Source: a virus (lineage: Duplodnaviria; Caudoviricetes). From it: a stretch of DNA of 27,642 nucleotides. The notes under the pieces were generated by a model that was not told the DNA's origin, ran no database searches, and saw only the letters and a list, made by a program, of their open reading frames with translations. The stretch spans positions 1-27,642 of IMG/VR virus record IMGVR_UViG_3300030372_002992; one strand, given 5' to 3'. How positions within the stretch are numbered: position 1 is the first letter of the stretch; each line of letters starts with the position of its first letter. The position numbers and the translations under genes were made by a program. This document shows positions 25,678 through 27,642 of this stretch, one piece after another.

Positions 25678-25720
25678 GTAACAATTGTGGTGGGTGGGTA
25701 GGTTACTTTGTTTTATTTAA

Positions 25721-26800
25721 ATGGCTTCTACAAGTATTTCACAAGGTAGGAGTAGTGCCTGGGAAGAGTTTTGTTCTTGGGTGACTTCTACAAATAACCG
25801 TCTTTATGTCGGGTGGTTTGGGACACTGATGATTCCGTGTCTTCTTACAGCCACCACTTGCTTCATCATCGCCTTCATTGCAGCACCTCCTGTTGATATT
25901 GATGGCATCCGTGAGCCCGTTGCTGGCTCTTTAATTTATGGAAACAACATCATCTCCGGCGCTGTCGTGCCTAGCAGCAACGCCATCGGTCTGCACCTGT
26001 ACCCAGTGTGGGAAGCGGGTTCTCTTGACGAATGGCTTTATAACGGCGGACCGTACCAGCTCGTGGTGTTCCACTTTCTGCTCGGTATCGTCGCTTACAT
26101 GGGACGCGAATGGGAACTTAGTTACCGATTAGGAATGAGGCCCTGGATTTGTGTTGCATACAGTGCACCGGTCGCTGCGGCTGCTGCTGTCTTTCTTGTT
26201 TATCCCCTTGGACAAGGTTCCTTCTCTGACGGCATGCCGCTGGGCATCTCCGGCACCTTCAACTTCATGTTGGTGTTCCAGGCTGAGCACAACATCCTGA
26301 TGCACCCCTTCCACATGCTTGGTGTGGCTGGCGTCTTCGGTGGGGCTCTGTTCTCAGCTATGCACGGCTCTCTGGTCACGTCGTCCCTCGTTCGTGAAAC
26401 GACTGAAAAAGAAAGTCTCAACTATGGCTACAAGTTTGGTCAAGAAGAGGAGACGTATAACATCGTCGCTGCGCATGGTTATTTTGGACGTTTGATTTTC
26501 CAATATGCTTCATTTAATAATAGCCGTTCACTCCACTTCTTCCTTGCAGCTTGGCCTGTCGTCGGCATTTGGTTTACAGCTCTGGGTGTTAGCACTATGG
26601 CTTTTAATCTTAACGGTCTTAACTTTAACCAGTCCGTCTTGACCAAACAGGGTCAGGTTGTAAACACCTGGGCTGATGTCTTGAATAGAGCTGACCTTGG
26701 ACTTGAGGTTATGCACGAAAGAAATGCACATAACTTCCCGCTTGATCTAGCAGCTAACAACATCGTGCCTATCGCACTGAAGACACCTGCTATTGGTTAA
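25721..26800 (+). CDS. psbA: Photosystem II D1 protein
   Basis: [44 protein letters not shown]; GREWELS (Glu130 form); uninterrupted. Confidence 0.99.
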   Translation: MASTSISQGRSSAWEEFCSWVTSTNNRLYVGWFGTLMIPCLLTATTCFIIAFIAAPPVDIDGIREPVAGSLIYGNNIISGAVVPSSNAIGLHLYPVWEAGSLDEWLYNGGPYQLVVFHFLLGIVAYMGREWELSYRLGMRPWICVAYSAPVAAAAAVFLVYPLGQGSFSDGMPLGISGTFNFMLVFQAEHNILMHPFHMLGVAGVFGGALFSAMHGSLVTSSLVRETTEKESLNYGYKFGQEEETYNIVAAHGYFGRLIFQYASFNNSRSLHFFLAAWPVVGIWFTALGVSTMAFNLNGLNFNQSVLTKQGQVVNTWADVLNRADLGLEVMHERNAHNFPLDLAANNIVPIALKTPAIG

Positions 26801-26809
26801 GCATCCCGT

Positions 26810-27037
26810 CCGTTCATCTTCTTCTTTATGGAATACGAGATTACAGTTAACGATGCTTACGTTGAACTTATGCACAAAGCTGTCAGCCATTACCTTAAGT
26901 TCTGGCCTGGTGGTGAACCTGGTGAGCAAGAAGCTTTAAAGGTTCTTCTAGCACAACTTGATAGATTGAAACTTGAAGTCTTGTTTGACACTATGTAGAA
27001 GACGCATGCTACCCAAGGCATGGAACGGGGTCTTGGG
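26810..27037 (+). promoter_or_regulatory. Glutamine-II (Downstream-peptide) riboswitch with a large P2-loop insertion
   Basis: P1 CCGTTC/GAACGG, P2 TCTTCT/AGAAGA, CGCA, pseudoknot CCCAAGGC/GTCTTGGG; directly upstream of a YRG peptide ORF. Confidence 0.75.
26828..26998 (+). CDS. Hypothetical protein (56 aa) nested in the riboswitch P2 loop
   Basis: Not in track. MEYEITVNDAYVELMHKAVSHYLKFWPGGEPGEQEALKVLLAQLDRLKLEVLFDTM*; phage-like codon use. Confidence 0.7.
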   Translation: MEYEITVNDAYVELMHKAVSHYLKFWPGGEPGEQEALKVLLAQLDRLKLEVLFDTM

Positions 27038-27058
27038 ATCTCTTCGGAGGTAAACACA

Positions 27059-27154
27059 ATGACGAAACTTGAACTCAAGCAACGTGTCCGTGAGCAGCAG
27101 CAAGCTGCAAAGGAACTGAAGCTCAAGTATCGCGGTGTCGCATACACACGATGA
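27059..27154 (+). CDS. DUF4278-like small peptide (31 aa)
   Basis: MTKLELKQRVREQQQAAKELKLKYRGVAYTR*; L.YRGV.Y motif; GGAGG RBS inside an ATCTC-TTCG-GAGGT hairpin. Confidence 0.8.
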   Translation: MTKLELKQRVREQQQAAKELKLKYRGVAYTR

Positions 27155-27314
27155 TCCGTTAAAGCGGGTGGCAGGGTGCGAACCCCTGCCCATCAATTGG
27201 CTTTGGCCCGGTAAGCCGGATACCCTTAGCCGTCTAGACGGTGGGATAGACCACAACTTACAACTGAATAACTCTGAACGTTCAGAGAGTTAATGATAAA
27301 CACTCTCTTTAAAA

Positions 27315-27642
27315 ATGGCACAACAAACTTCTGATCTGACTACTTCGCTAACACAGGTAGGTCAGTCTAATCTTTCCGGTGATAAGCGAGCTTTGTATTT
27401 GAAGCTCTTCTCTGGCGAGATGTTCAAAGGCTTCCAGCACAATGCTATCGCTCGCGATCTTGTGATGAAGCGTACACTTAAGAACGGCAAGTCATTGCAG
27501 TTCATCTACACGGGTCGTACAAAAGCCGAGTACCATACTCCTGGCAACGCAATCCTCGGTAACTCCGACGGTGCGCCTCCCGTGGCCGAGAAGACCATCA
27601 CGGTTGACGATCTTCTCATCTCCAGTGCATTCGTCTACGATT
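27315..27642 (+). CDS. Major capsid protein (gp10-like), 5' part
   Basis: ALYLKLFSGEMFKGF...RTLKNGKSLQF..TGR...YHTPG...EKTITVDDLL; runs off the window end. Confidence 0.95.
   Translation, partial: MAQQTSDLTTSLTQVGQSNLSGDKRALYLKLFSGEMFKGFQHNAIARDLVMKRTLKNGKSLQFIYTGRTKAEYHTPGNAILGNSDGAPPVAEKTITVDDLLISSAFVYD

Noticed and set aside
25721-26800. Intron or homing endonuclease in psbA
   Set aside because: The ORF is continuous at 359 aa with no insertion.
609-27256. Minus-strand ORFs and short alternate-frame ORFs inside large genes
   Set aside because: They are shadows of well-supported + strand genes with no recognisable motifs; T7-like genomes are transcribed from one strand.

Overview
About 27.6 kb of a T7-like cyanopodovirus (Autographiviridae-type; the host is probably marine Synechococcus, given psbA, hli and nblA). 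All credible genes are on the + strand. The window appears to cross the genome end: right-end genes (membrane proteins, small terminase, HNH, large terminase) run into a non-coding junction (~5550-5950). Next come early small ORFs, an RHH/MarR/tyrosine-integrase module with a tRNA-Leu 5'-half attP, and the single-subunit RNA polymerase. These are followed by SSB, endonuclease I, primase-helicase, a two-ORF DNA polymerase, exonuclease with overlapping nblA, a DUF3310-like protein, a MazG-like protein, a minimal ribonucleotide reductase, portal, scaffold, hli, a beta-barrel protein, psbA and the start of the major capsid gene. Four observations stand out. (1) A glutamine-II (Downstream-peptide) riboswitch after psbA appears to hold a complete 56-codon ORF in its P2 loop. 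(2) A 235-nt ORF-less group I intron splits the D-E-x-x-H metal-ligand motif of the RNR small subunit. (3) An 18-nt exact repeat with flanking similarity is shared between the post-terminase intergenic region and the inside of the RNAP gene. (4) There are tRNA-like minihelices and a multibranch candidate ncRNA at the start of the early region. All calls come from reading the sequence by eye; no searches were run.
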